From positions 2,356,001 to 2,420,000 of the forward strand of contig JAWMAR010000253.1 in NCBI GenBank assembly GCA_036785375.1: a DNA stretch of 64,000 bases, read 5' to 3'. Source of the DNA: Leucoraja ocellata (Eukaryota). The notes beneath the pieces were generated by a model, which ran no database searches, was not told the origin of the DNA, and worked only from the letters and a program-made list of their open reading frames with translations. Below are positions 48,782 to 61,726 of this stretch, piece by piece. The position numbers and the translations under genes were made by a program. Numbering within the stretch: position 1 is the stretch's first letter; every line of letters begins with the position of its first letter.

Positions 48782-51760
48782 ATGCTGCCCGACATGCTGA
48801 GTTACTCCAACTTTTTGCGTCGACTTTCGGGTTAAACCAGCATCTGCAGTTCCTTCCTACACCAAGTACAGAAGGTCAGAATGAAAACTAGATAATTGGA
48901 GTTAAGAAACATTCGCTCTGCAAGCTGCGACCCCTAGATGCTGCTGCACTCGCTCAGTTTCTCCAGCTCTTTTGTCTAGCTGCGCACGATGCTGCCCTCT
49001 TGCACAGACCTGGAAACGTTTACTCAATAGAGTCTCATCGATTTCTGTGGCTATTTCCATCATACTACATACAGCTGGTTAGGCTTCAAATGACTAATTC
49101 TTTAAACCATGTGGCTGCACCACGTATGCATAGGAAGAGCGGCGAGGTTTTGAATGAAACGAATGAAATCTCCGTGTGGTTAACATCATCCCCAGGTGGA
49201 GCTCCAGTCTTCATGAAAGAAAAGTACTTGGCACAAGCATAATGAAAGGTCCAACATAGATCACTAGAACTAAATATTTGCAGATACAGCTCAAATTTAT
49301 GCTTTGGTCACTTTCCCCCTCACCCCCCACCCCCCTCCCAATTTATTTTTAAACAAAAATACCTTTTTTTTTAACGGCTTTTTAAGAAGCTTCTAAACAG
49401 GTATTAATTCTACGTGACTAATCCTTTCCTCTTACACACATTTAAGTCAGTACCAACCAAAGATACTGAAACGCCACCTATTCCTTTTCTCCGGAAATGC
49501 TGCCTGATCCGCTGTGTTACTCCGCCTTTTTGTGTCTACCATTTGTATTTGGTTTTGTTTCAGTGCTCCTGTTTCTTTACCTCCGCCCCCCCCCACCCCC
49601 CACCTGACTCCCATTTCACTGAAATGTGTGAGTCTGTAGGTTAATTGTCTACTCTAAGTTACTGTAGTTTGAATGATAGGAGGTGCAGAATAAAGTGGGG
49701 TTAATGTAGAATTTATTTAAAGTCCGGATTCTCAGTTAAAGGACGTAACTGTGCTGAATAACTCTATGCACTAGTCTTGGAGAAAAGCCTGAATGCCAGT
49801 AACCTATTCTCCGTAACCTGCTCTCTTCCTCCCGATTCCTGTCTGGGGAGGTTTTTAGTTGATCTCTCTTCTTAGCTAATTTTACTTGCATTCAGTCCCA
49901 CGAATTGCTAATGTTATGAACAAACCTGGAACACTTTTCATGAAGAAAATAATTCATTCCTTGGTGCAGATTGAGTATAAATTAATTGGGGGTAGGTGGG
50001 TGGGTGGGGGGCGGAGGATAGAGGGGAGTTGCGGAGGTGAAAGGGTTGTTAGATATTCCATAAATTTGGAGAGTTCAGTGTTCATACCAAACCAAACCAA
50101 TGCGTGCATTGTCACACAAAAAAAGCTGGAGAAACTCAGCGGGTGCAGCAGCATCTATGGAGCGAAGGAAATAGGCAACGTTTCGGGCCGAAACCCTTCT
50201 TCAGACTGATTGTAGACGGATTGACGAATGCAGACGTGCATTGTCACTATTAGTTTAGTTGAGTTTAGAAATGCAACGCAGAAACAGACCCTTCGGCCCA
50301 CTGAGTCCGCATCGATCAGCGATCTCCGTACATGAACACTCTCCTACACACACACTAGGGACAATTTACGCTTATTCCAATCCAATTAACCTGCAAACCA
50401 GTACGTTTTTGAAGAATGGGAGCAAACTAAAGATCGCGGAGAAACCCCACGCGAACACGGGGGAGAATGTACAAAGTCTGTACAGACACCACCAGTAGTC
50501 GGGATGGAACCCGGGTCTTCGGCTGTTTGTGTACTTGGTTTGATAGTAATGTTGACAGTACAAATGAAATGCAAATCTAGTCAAATTAACGTGGCTGACT
50601 GAATTGTCGCATTTGCTTGGCAGTAAAAAGCAGATGTTGTAAATCACACAACCGCGTGGGTTTTCTCTGGGTGCTCCAGTTTCACCCATATTCCAAATAC
50701 GTACAGGTTTGTAGGTTAATTGACTTCTGTAAATTGCCCCTTGTGTGTGGGACATAGAACAAGTGCAAGGGCGATCGATGCACTCATTGGGCCGAAGAAC
50801 CTGTTTCCATGATGTATCTCTGAACAAATGTGAACTATTCAGCAGGTCAGGCAACATCAGTGGGGACAGATAGTACAGAGAAGAATGCAGCACAGGAACA
50901 TGCCCTTCAGCCCAGTGTCCATGTCTAATATGATGCCAAGTTGACCCAATCTCCATTGCCTGCACTCCGTTGCCGAACCAGCAGGTCGAGGAACAGTTTC
51001 TTCCCGGCGGCTGTCACTCTACTCAACAACGTACCTCGGTGACTGCCAATCACCACCTCCCCCCCCCCCCCCCCCGGACACATATTATTATTTATTCAAA
51101 TCATGTGCTATGTCGCTCTTCCAGGGAGATGCTAAATGCATTTCGTTGTCTCTGTACTGTACACTGACAATGACAATTAAAATTGAATCTGAATCTGAAT
51201 CTGAATCGGTTCATATACATGAATTCCCTACATATCGATGTGCCTATCCAAAAGTCTCAATTCCACAATTGTATCTGCCTACACCACCACCCCTGACAGT
51301 GCATTCCACGCACTCACCACCCTCTGTGTATATTTAAAAACAATTGACCTGCACATCTACTTTAAACTTTGCCCCTCTCACCTTCCAACAATGGCCTCTA
51401 GTCTTTGGCATTTTCACCAAGTGTAAAAGGCTCTGACTGTCAACCCTATCTATGCCTCTCGAATGGAAAAGTTAGAAAGCCAGCCGTCATGGTTTAAATG
51501 CAGATTGGGAGAGGTGGATTGGTAATAGGTTTGTTATTGTGAAATATAGCGAGGAAAAATGTTTGTTTCGTGTGCTTTTTAAGCAATTCACACCGTTCAC
51601 GAATACCTCTGGTGGTCCAGCAGAGTAATTAACAGTATAGAATACAATGTTATTTGATACTTAGTCAACTTGAAATTCAAATCGGATCAAAGTCGGAGGG
51701 GAAGCCGCAGAGAACAAAGCACGTTGGTCAGGACTGTAGTGAGTACTTTGTCGGCACCAG

Positions 51761-53275
51761 ATACATAGAAACATAGAAATAGATGCAGGAGTAGAGGCCA
51801 TTCAGCCCTTCGAGCCTGCACCACCATTCAATATGATCATGGCTGATCATCCAACTCAGTATCCCATCCCTGCCTTCTCTCCATACCCCCTGATCCTTTT
51901 AGCCACAAGGGCCACATCTAACTCCCTCTTAAAAATAGCCAATGAACTGGGCTCAACTACCTTCTGTGGCAGAGAATTCCACAGATTCACCACTCTCTGT
52001 GTAAAAAATTATTTTCTCATCTCGGTCCTAAAAGACTTTCCTCTTATCCTTAAACTGTGACCCCTAGTTCTGGACTTCCCCAACACCTGGAATAATCTTG
52101 CTTCATCTAGCCTGTCCAACCCCTTAAGAATTTTGTAAGTTTGTGTAAGATTCACCCTCAATCTTCTGAATTCTAGCGTGTACAAGCCGAGTCTGTCCAG
52201 TCTTTCTTCATATGAAAGTCCTGCCATCCCAGGAATCAGTCTGGTGAACCTTCTCTGTACTCCCTCTATGGCAAGAATGTCTTTCCTCAGTTTAGGAGAC
52301 CAAAACTGTACGCAATACTCCAGGTGTGGTCTCACCAAGACCCTGTACAACTGCAGTAGAACCTCCCTGCTGCTATACTCAAATCGTTTTGCAATGAATG
52401 CTAACATACCATTTGCTTTCTTCACTGCCTGCTGTACCTGCATTCCTACTTTCAATGACTGGTGTACCATGACACCCAGGTCTCGTTGCATCTCCCCTTT
52501 TCCTAATCGGCCACCATTCAGATAATAGTCTACTTTCCTGTTTTTGCCACCAAAGTGGATAACCTCACATTTATCCACATTATACTGCATCTGCCATGCA
52601 TTTGCCCACTCACCCAACCTATCCAACTCACCTTGCAGCCTCCTAGCATCCTCCTCACAGCTAACACTGCCCCCCCCCCCCCCCCCCCCAGCTTCGTGTC
52701 ATCCGCAAACTTGGAGATGTTGCATTCAATTCCCTCATCCAGATCATTAATATACATTGTAAATAGCTGGGGTCCCAGCACTGAGCCTTGCGGTACCCCA
52801 CTAGTCACTGCCTGCCATTCCGAAAAGGACCCGTTTGCTCCTACTCTTTGCTTCCTGTCTGCCAGCCAGTTCTCTATCCGCATCAATACTGAACCCCCAA
52901 TACCATGTGCTTTAAGTTTGTATACTAATCTCTTATGTGGGATCTTGTCGAAAGCCTTCTGAGAGTACAGATTTACCACATCCACTGGTTCTCCCTTATC
53001 CAATCTACTAGTTACATCCTCGAAATATTCTATAAGATTCGTCAGACATGATTACCTTTCATAAATCCATGCTGACTTTGTCCAATGAATTCACCACTTT
53101 CCAAATGTGCTGCTATCCCATCTTTAATAACTGACCCCAGAATTTTCCCCACCACCGATGTTAGACTAACTGGTCTGTAATTCCCTGTTTTCTCTCTCCC
53201 TCCCTTTTTAAAAAGTGGGGTTACATTAGCTACCCTCCAGTCCTGAGGAACTACTCCAGAATCTAAAGGGTTTTG
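51761..53275 (-). mobile_element. CR1 LINE RT region and 3' end
   Basis: [20 protein letters not shown] and CATAGAAA tail. Confidence 0.93.
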
Positions 53276-54049
53276 GCGACTCTTTGGGTACTTTGTGCAT
53301 TGTATGCAAAAATGAAGAATTTCACTTTACATGTGACAATAAATTATCATTGAATTGTTGCAAGGTTGAATGAACGTGTCATTTGTCACTTTTCATTTCA
53401 CAGCAAATCTCGTATGTGTATGTGACGAATAAACTTGACTTGTCTAAATCAGAGCCTTATTATTCCGAGTCCAGAGCTTCATGGACACAGCCTTGAATTA
53501 CAGAGTAGTTGTTCCACTGGTATTCCATCACTCCAGAGCAGTATACCGTGAAGAATTCCCAGAATAGTGTTGTTTCTGGGTGCTCTTTGTACAATCGACT
53601 GAGGCACATTTTATTGAAAGCCACACTGAACTGAAATGCTTTGTTGACAGAATGAGAACACATTTGGGTTGGCAACGAAACAGCCTCGCACTGTTAAATC
53701 GCTTTGTTTTAAATAAAGTTTACTTCAAAATTAAATAAAATCTAACTTCATGCACATAGGCACGATAGCTGAAACAAACAGGAAATGGTGGAAATACACA
53801 GCAGTTGACAGCTTTTAATCAACAAAACCACAAGACGTATCTGTAGCAGTGGTTTGCTTCATGGTGCTGTTGCTTGCTCGGTGTTCAGTAAGGTCATGGC
53901 CCATCTGATTTTACCTTTACCCCTACTCTCCTTAGTTTGGAGATACAGCATGGAAACCATTCCTTCAGCCCGCTGAGTTTGAATTCAAGTTCAAGTTCCC
54001 ATTTATTGTCACATGCACTAATTAAGGTGCAGTGATATTTGACTTACCC

Positions 54050-55030
54050 TACATAGAAACATAGAAACATAGAAAGCAGGAGGAGTCCATTCGGCCCTTC
54101 GAGCCAGCACCGCCATTCATTGTGATCATAGCTAATCGTCCCCTAACAATAACCCGTGTCTGCCTTCTCCCCATATCCCTTGACTCCACTAGCCCCTAGA
54201 GCTCTATCTAACTCTCTCTTAAATCCATCCAGTGACTTGGCCTCCACTGCCCTCTGTGGCAGGGAATTCCATAAAATCACAACTCTCTGGGTGAAAAAGT
54301 TTTTTTCTCACCTCAATCTTAAATGCTCCCCTTTATTCTATGACTGTGGCCCCTCGTTCTGGACTCGCCCAACATTGGGAATATTTTTTTTCCTGCATCT
54401 AGCTTGTCCAGTTCTTTTATAATTTTATATGTTTCTATAAGAATCCCCCTCATCCTTCTAAACTCCAGTGAATACAAGCCTAGTCTTTTCAATCTTTCCT
54501 CATATGACAGTCCCTCAATCCCAGGGATCAATCTCGTAAACCTACGCTGCACTGCCTCAATCACAAGGGTGTCCTTCCTCAAATTAGGAGACCAAAACTG
54601 TACACAATACTCTAGATGTGGTCTCACCAGAGCCCTATACAACTGCAGAAGAACATCTTTACTCCTATACTGAAATCCTCTTGTATAAAGGCCAACATTC
54701 CAATAACTTTCTTCACTGCCTGCTGTACCTGCACGCCAACTTTCAGTGGCCGGTGTACAAGGACGCCCAGGTCTCGCTGCACCTCCCCCTTACCTAATCT
54801 AACCCCATTGAGATAATAATCTGCCCCCTTGGTTTTGCCACCAAAGTGGATAACCTCACATTTATCTATATTATACTGCATCTGCCACGCATCTGCCCAC
54901 TCACTCAACCTGTCCCGGTCACCCTGCAACCTCCTAACATCCTCTTCACAGTTCGCACTGCCACCCAGCTTTGTGTCAGCTGCAAACTTGCTAGTGTTGC
55001 TCTTAATTCCCTCTTCCAAATCCTAATTCC
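54050..55030 (-). mobile_element. CR1 LINE 3' fragment
   Basis: ORFs 54319-54642 and 54624-55019, plus tail. Confidence 0.9.
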
Positions 55031-55702
55031 CTCTTCCAATACAGCCATACCAAGTGAAAAGCAACAATACACACAGTCACATAAAAATAAAATTGAACAT
55101 AATCATCCACCACAGCATAATCCACATTCCTCACTGTGATGGAAGGTAATAAAGTGCAATCATCTTCCTCCTTTCTTCACCCGTGGTCGGGGTTGAACCC
55201 TCCGCACTCGCCGCTGCCGACGGTCTGATGTCCGAACCCCTCGCGTCGGGATAATCGAAACTCCGGGGTCAGCACGGATTGGAACATTCCACGGCATGCT
55301 GCTCCCGTGTCGGCCTCTGCTTACTGGAGACCGCAGGCTTCATGGTGTTAAGGTCCACAGGCCTCGTGGTTGGAGCTCCTTCACAGGCGATCCTCAGCAG
55401 TGGATCGCAGGCTCCTTTGATGTTAAAGTCCACGACGAAAACCACGGCATCACCTCCATGTCTCTATTTCACTGAGTTCCCTCCTTAGAAATTATGGTCT
55501 TGCTGTGTATTCCCAACATTTCCTACTTGAATTTCTCCCATTTGCCTTGGCCTTTCAAACAATGATCTGTTTGTAAACAAGTTCCAGGTCTCTGCCCCCA
55601 ACAAACAAGCCATTCGGGTCGGCTATTAGTATTGCAGCAAGCAGTTTCAACGCAAAACGCAGACGTGCAATTCAAGGCGTAATTCAAGCTGGGGGTTAAA
55701 TT

Positions 55703-55873
55703 TCATGTATCAGATGATAAACGGTGGGCAGAGAGCGCCTTTCCCTCATTCGGTCTTGCCCCTGCAGTGTCCAGATTGGGGTTGAATTTTATCTCATCGT
55801 ATATCGTGGTAAGCTGTGCCTTTCCATTTTGCTCTCCTCCACTGGCATCCAGTTCACGTAAATGTCTCTGTGG
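55703..55873 (-). CDS. Terminal cytoplasmic exon of SLAM-like gene C with ITSM (TIYDEI)
   Basis: Pyrimidine tract with AG (alternative acceptor at 55867), phase 0, open to TGA. Contains a TxYxxI motif and has a paralog at 17884-18440. Confidence 0.8.
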   Translation of the reverse strand, partial: PQRHLRELDASGGEQNGKAQLTTIYDEIKFNPNLDTAGARPNEGKALSAHRLSSDT

Positions 55874-56409
55874 CTTGAAAGGAAAGATTGTCAATGGACC
55901 GTGTGTTTAGATCTGGTGTTTATGTGACTCGGGCTTGTAATGCATGGTGCAGGGAATAGTGCAGAGGATAGTTTTGGAGTACAAGGCAGTTTACAGACAT
56001 GAAGAGAGATCTTGGCACTGGGAGATAGAGTTTTGTGCGGTTATAAATTCTGAAATGCCTGGTGAAAGAGATGATGTGTTCTGAAGTAACATAGAAGGAA
56101 TTTTCTCATGTATAGAAACATAGAAAATAGATGCAGGAGTAGGCCATTCGACCCTTCGAGCCTGCACCGCCATTCAATATGATCATGGCTTTAGTGGCCT
56201 TTGTACCACAAGACATGCAGAGCAAGTGCTGCAGGCTTCTGAGTGCTTTGGTCATCTCTGTCTTGTGGAATTGTATAGATTCAACTCTGCAGGGAGAGTA
56301 CTTTACGGTAATACAGAGTTCGCTATAATGACTGAAGCTTTGTGCTGAAGGACTAGCTGTGGGAGGGCTGCTTTCTCAGGGTTATTGGCAGTTATAGACA
56401 GCAACTACC

Positions 56410-56830
56410 ATAGAAACATAGAAAATAGGTGCAGGAGTAGGCCATTCGGCCTTCGAGCCTGCACCACCATTCAATATGATCATGGCTGATCATCCAACTC
56501 AGTATCCTGTACCTGCCTTCTCTCCATACCCCCTGATCCCTATAGCCAGAAGGGCCACATCTAACTCCCTCTTAAATATAGCCAATGAACTGGCCTCAAC
56601 TACCTTCTGTGGCAGAGAATTCCAGAGATTCACCACTCTCTGTGTGAAAAATGTTTTTCTCATCTCAGTCCTAAAAGATTTCCCCCTTATCCTTAAACTG
56701 TGACCCCTTGTTCTGGACTTCCTCAACATCGGGAACGATCTTCCTGCATCTCAGCTGTCCAACCCCTTAAGAATTTTGTAAGTTTCTATAAGATCCCCCC
56801 TCAATCTTCTAAATTCTAGCGAGTACAAGC
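56410..56830 (-). mobile_element. CR1 3' fragment
   Basis: ORF 56499-56729 and tail. Confidence 0.9.
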
Positions 56831-56838
56831 CAAGGAGA

Positions 56839-57700
56839 CAGCTGCACCAAGCATCTCTCTGTCCAGTGCCATCGATGGACTAGCAGGTCTAGGATGGGAG
56901 TTAAAGGCGTGTCTTCTATAGGCTCCCTCCCAAGATGCTCATCACGCTGAACTGGAAACATGTCCCTCCTCTTCCACCGTTACTAGGTCTAAATCCTGCA
57001 CTTACTTCCTCAACAGCACAAAGGGGCCACCTTTGATTCTAGCAGTTAAAGGAAGCTCGCCACCAACATCTCAAGAACACTCGGGAATGGCCAATAAACA
57101 CTGGGCGGACAAAGGCTAGAGATATAGAGGAGATTTGGAGTACAGAGGAGAATTACTAGAATGTTGCCTGGGTTTCAGCAACTAAGTTACAGAGAAAGGT
57201 TGAACAAGTTAGGTCTTTATTCTTTGGAGCGCAGAAGGTTAAGGGGGGACTTGATAGAGGTCTCTAAAATGATGAGAGGGATAGACAGAGTTGACGTGGA
57301 TAAGCTTTTCCCACTGAGATTAGGGAAGATTCAAACAAGAGGACATGATTGAGCATTAAGGGACAGAAGTTTAGGGGTAACATGAGGGGGAACTTCTTTA
57401 CTCAGTGAGTGGTACCTGTGTGGAATGAGCTTCCAGTGATGGTGGTGTCAGGTTTGATTTTATCATTTAAAAATAAATTGGATAGTTATATGGACGGGAA
57501 AGGAATGGAGGGTTATGGTCTGAGTGCAGGTAGGTGGGACTAGGGGAGAATACGTGTTCGGCACGGACTAGAAGGGCCGAGATGGCCTGTTTCCGTGCTG
57601 TAATTGTTATATGGTTATATATATATATATAGATCAAAAGGGGAGAAACCAGGATTGGCGGGGAAGAAGAGGCCGGATAATGGGAGAACTAGGTGTGAAC
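56839..57700 (+). repeat. Local direct duplication (about 360 bp without inserts) of 58448-58548 plus 61112-61383
   Basis: Colinear match once the CR1 inserts are removed. Confidence 0.88.
57124..57630 (+). mobile_element. CR1 3' fragment, (TTATATGG)n subfamily
   Basis: ORF 57161-57352 and flanking AGAT duplication. Confidence 0.9.
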
Positions 57701-58548
57701 CTGGAAAATACCCACTCAGTCACAGGGAGAATATGTCCACTTTATGCAGACTGCACCCATTGTCAGCATCGAACCGGGATCTCTGGTGCTGTAAGGCAAC
57801 AACTCTACCGCTGTGCTACCCATGTCACTCTTTTGCTGGCTTTCAACACAGACTGTTCTTGGTCAGGGAACCAGTGGCAACATTAGGAAGCGTGGCTTGT
57901 GCAATGCATTGCTTTTAAAAGAAGAAACGTAAATAGATAGCATCATCCCACTATGATTTTGAAAAAGTGGACAATTGACATAATTGCAACGCCAACCCTT
58001 ACTGAGACAGTGTTGGCGAACCAGTAAATGCTGGTGAAATTATAGAAACAAATTGAAGTCATCAGCAAGGCAGCTTTACATCAATGCCACCATTTCTTTC
58101 AGATGTACGAACAAAACATAGGGGTGGTTTAAACTCAGGAAGGCAACAGTAATCCAATATTAATGCAGCCAATAGAATCATGCAGAGACATCAGGAAGAC
58201 ATACTGTGTAAAATATACACATCAGTTCTCAGTGTAAGGAAAGACAAATAAAACAACAGAGTTGCCAGCATTGCAATTTAGAATTACATTTCAGTGACGA
58301 TGCCTGGTGCCTTCAACTTTATATACACAGCTTCAATGTATGGATCCCAAGCTCAGATTACAATTTGACTGCATCTTGTGTTTTCCAAGCATGGCTCTAC
58401 ATGGAACTTGTCAACACCTTATTTCTACATGCATGTTTGTTGCTGCCAGCTGCACCAAGCATCTCTCTGTCCAGTGCCATCGATGGACTGGCAGGTCTAG
58501 GATGGCAGTCAAAGTGGAGTCATCTATAGGCTCCCTCCCAAGATGCTC

Positions 58549-61111
58549 TGGAAGTATGATGTTGTGGCGATCAGTGAAACGTGGTTGCAGGAGGGCTGTG
58601 ATTAGAAACTAAATATTCCAGGATTTCGTTGCTTCAGGTGTGATAGAATTGGAGGGGCAAGAGGTGGAGGTGTTGCATTGCTTATCAGGGAAGATATTAC
58701 AGCAGTGCTTTGGCAGGATAGATTAGAGGGCTCGTCTAGGGAGGCTATTTGGGTGGAACTGAGAAATGGGAAAGGGGTAGCAACACTTATAGGGGTGTAT
58801 TATAGACCGCCAAATGGGGAGCGAGAATTGGAAGAGCAAATATGTAAGGAGATTGCAGATATTAGTAGTAAGCACAAGGTAGTGATTGTGGGAGATTTCA
58901 ATTTTCCACACATAGCCTGGGAAACACATTCTGTAAATGGGCTGGATGGGTTGGAGTTTGTAAAATGTGTGCAGGATAGTTTTTTGCAACAATACATAGA
59001 GGTACCTACTAGAGAAGGGGCGGTACTGGACCTCCTGTTAGGAAATGAGATGGGTCGGGTGGCAGAGGTATGCGTTGTGGAACAGTTCGGGTCCAGTGAT
59101 CAGAATACCATTAGTTTCAATATCATTATGGAGAGGGACAAAACTGGACCTAGGGTTGAGATTTTTGATTGGAGAAAGGCTAACTTTGAGGAGATGCGAA
59201 AGGATTTAAAAGGAGTAAATTGGGACAGTTTGTTTTATGGGAAAGATGTGGAAGAGAAATGGAATACATTTAAAGGTGAAATTTTAAGAGTACAGAATCT
59301 TTATGTCCCTGTTCGGTTGAAAGGAAATCGTAAAAATTGTAAAGAGCCATGGTTTTCAAGGGAAATTGGACACTTGGTTCGGAAAAAGAGGGAGATCTAC
59401 AATAGTTATAGGCAGCATGGAGTAAATGAGGTGCTTGAGGAGTATAAAGAATGTAAAAAGAATCTTAAGAAAGAAATTAGAAAAGCTAAAAGCTAAAAAA
59501 AAAATGGAAACTATGAAGATCAAAGAAGAGGAAGTACTGACACTTTTGAGAAATATAAAAGTGGATACGTCTCCAGGTCCAGACAGGATATTCCCTAGGA
59601 CATTGAGGGAAGTTAGTGTAGAAATAGCAAGGGCTATGGCAGAAATATTTCAAATGTCATTAGAAACGGGAATAGTGCCGGAGGATTGGCGTACTGCGCA
59701 TGTTGTTCCATTGTTTAAAAAGGGGTCTAAGAGTAAACCTAGCAATTATAGACCTGTTAGTTTGACGTCAGTGGTGGGCAAATTAATGGAAAGAATACTT
59801 AGAGATAATATATATAAGAATCTGGATAAACAGGGTCTGATTAGGAACAGTCAACATGGATTTGTGCCTGGAAGGTCATGTTTAACTAATCTTCTTGAAT
59901 TTTATGAAGAATTTTATGTTGTGTATATGGACTTCAGTAAGGCCTTTGACAAGGTTCCTCATGGAAGGTTGGTTAAGAAGGTTCAATGGTTGGGTATTAA
60001 TGGTGGAGTAGCAAGATGGATTCAACAGTGGCTGAATGGGAGATGCCAGAGAGTAATGGTGGATGGTTGTTTGTCAGGTTGGAGGCCAGTGACGAGTGGG
60101 GTGCCACAGGGATCTGTGTTGGGTCCACTGTTGTTTGTCATGTACATCAATGATCTGGATGATGGTGTGGTAAATTGGATTAGTAAGTATGCAGATGATA
60201 CCAAGATAGGGGTTGCGGGTAATGAAGTAGAGTTTCAAAGTCTACAGAGAGATTTATGCCAGTTGGAAGAGTGGGCTGAAAGATGGCAGATGGAGTTTAA
60301 TGCTGATAAGTGTGAGGTGCTACATCTTGGCAGGACAAATCAAAATAGGACGTACATGGTAAATGGTAGGGAATTGAAGAATGTAGGTGAACAGAGGGAT
60401 ATGGGAATAACTGTGCACAGTTCCCTGAAAGTGGAATCTCATGTAGATAGGGTGGTAAAGAAAGCTTTTGGTGTGCTGGCCTTTATAAATCAGAGCATTG
60501 AGTATAGAAGTTGGGATGTAATGTTAAAATTGTACAAGGCATTGGTGAGGCCAATTCTGGAGTATGGTGTACAATTTTGGTCGCCTAATTATAGGAAGGA
60601 TGTCAACAAAATAGAGAGAGTACAGAGGAGATTTACTAGAATGTTGCCTGGGTTTCAGCAACTAAGTTACAGAGAAAGGTTGAACAAGTTAGGGCTTTAT
60701 TCTTTGGAGCGCAGAAGGTTAAGGGGGGACTTGATAGAGGTTTTTAAAATGATGAGAGGGGTAGACAGAGTTGACGTGGAAAAGCTTTTCCACTGAGAGT
60801 AGGGAAGATTCAAACAAGGGGACATGACTTGAGAATAAGGGACTGAAGTTTAGGGGTAACATGAGGGGGAACTTCTTTACTCAGAGAGTGGTAGCTGTGT
60901 GGAATGAGCTTCCAGTGAAGGTGGTGGAGGCAGGTTTGTTTTTATCATTTAAAAATAAATTGGATAGTTATATGGATGGGAAGGGAATGGAGGGTTATGG
61001 TCTGAGCGCAGGTATATAGGACTAGGGGAGATTATGTGTTCGGCACGGACTAGAAGGGTCGAGATGGCCTGTTTCCGTGCTGTAATTGTTATATGGTTAT
61101 ATTATATGGTT
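58549..61111 (+). mobile_element. CR1 LINE ORF2 (endonuclease and RT) with internal deletions
   Basis: ISETW, YRPP, GDFN, QHGF, DFSKAFD, YADD. TSD ATGCTC at 58543-58548 and 61112-61117. Confidence 0.95.
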
Positions 61112-61399
61112 ATGCTCATCATGCTGAACTGGAAACCTGTCCCCTCCTCTTCCACCTTTACTGGATCTAAATCCTGCACTTACTTCCTCAACAGCACAAA
61201 GGGGCCACCTTCCGAAAGATTCTAGCAGTTAAAGAAAGCTCGCCACCAACATCTCAAGACTTGGGGATGGCCAATAAACACTAGGTGGACAAAGGCTAGA
61301 GATCAAAAGGAGAGAAACCAGGATGGGGGGGGGGGGGGGGGGGGGGGAGAAGAGGCCGGATAATGGGAGAAATTGGTGCGAACTGGGGTGGGAGGAAGA

Positions 61400-61635
61400 A
61401 AGAGAAAGGGGAGAAACCAGGATGTTATGTTAAATTAAGAAATTTCAATGTTCATGCGTTGGGTTGTAAGCTACCCAAGTGGAATATGTTACTGTTACTC
61501 CAGTTTGTGTGTGGCCTCAATCTGGCAATAGAGGAGGTCCAGGACAGAAAGGTCAGTGTGAGGATGGGTAGGGTAGGGGAGTTGAAATGGTTAGCAGACG
61601 GGAAATCTAGCATGCTTTGTTCGGCGAAGCGGTCT
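61400..61635 (-). mobile_element. Penelope-like element, GIY-YIG C-terminal remnant
   Basis: RFAE...ANHFNSP...IFHLGSLQP...NIE. Confidence 0.7.
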
Positions 61636-61652
61636 TTGCAGCTTGTACCAAC

Positions 61653-61726
61653 CTGGTCCCTGGCCTGGTTTGCTCTCCCGATCACAGCATACAGCGGTGG
61701 GTCACTTCTCCTTTCTGCGTTAGGAG
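61653..61726 (-). CDS. Penultimate cytoplasmic exon of SLAM-like gene C (PNAERRSDPPLYAVIGRANQARDQ)
   Basis: TTTTTATTTAAAG acceptor and CAG|GTTGGT donor. Phase 1-0 joins in frame to the ITSM exon; contains a YxxI motif. Confidence 0.65.
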
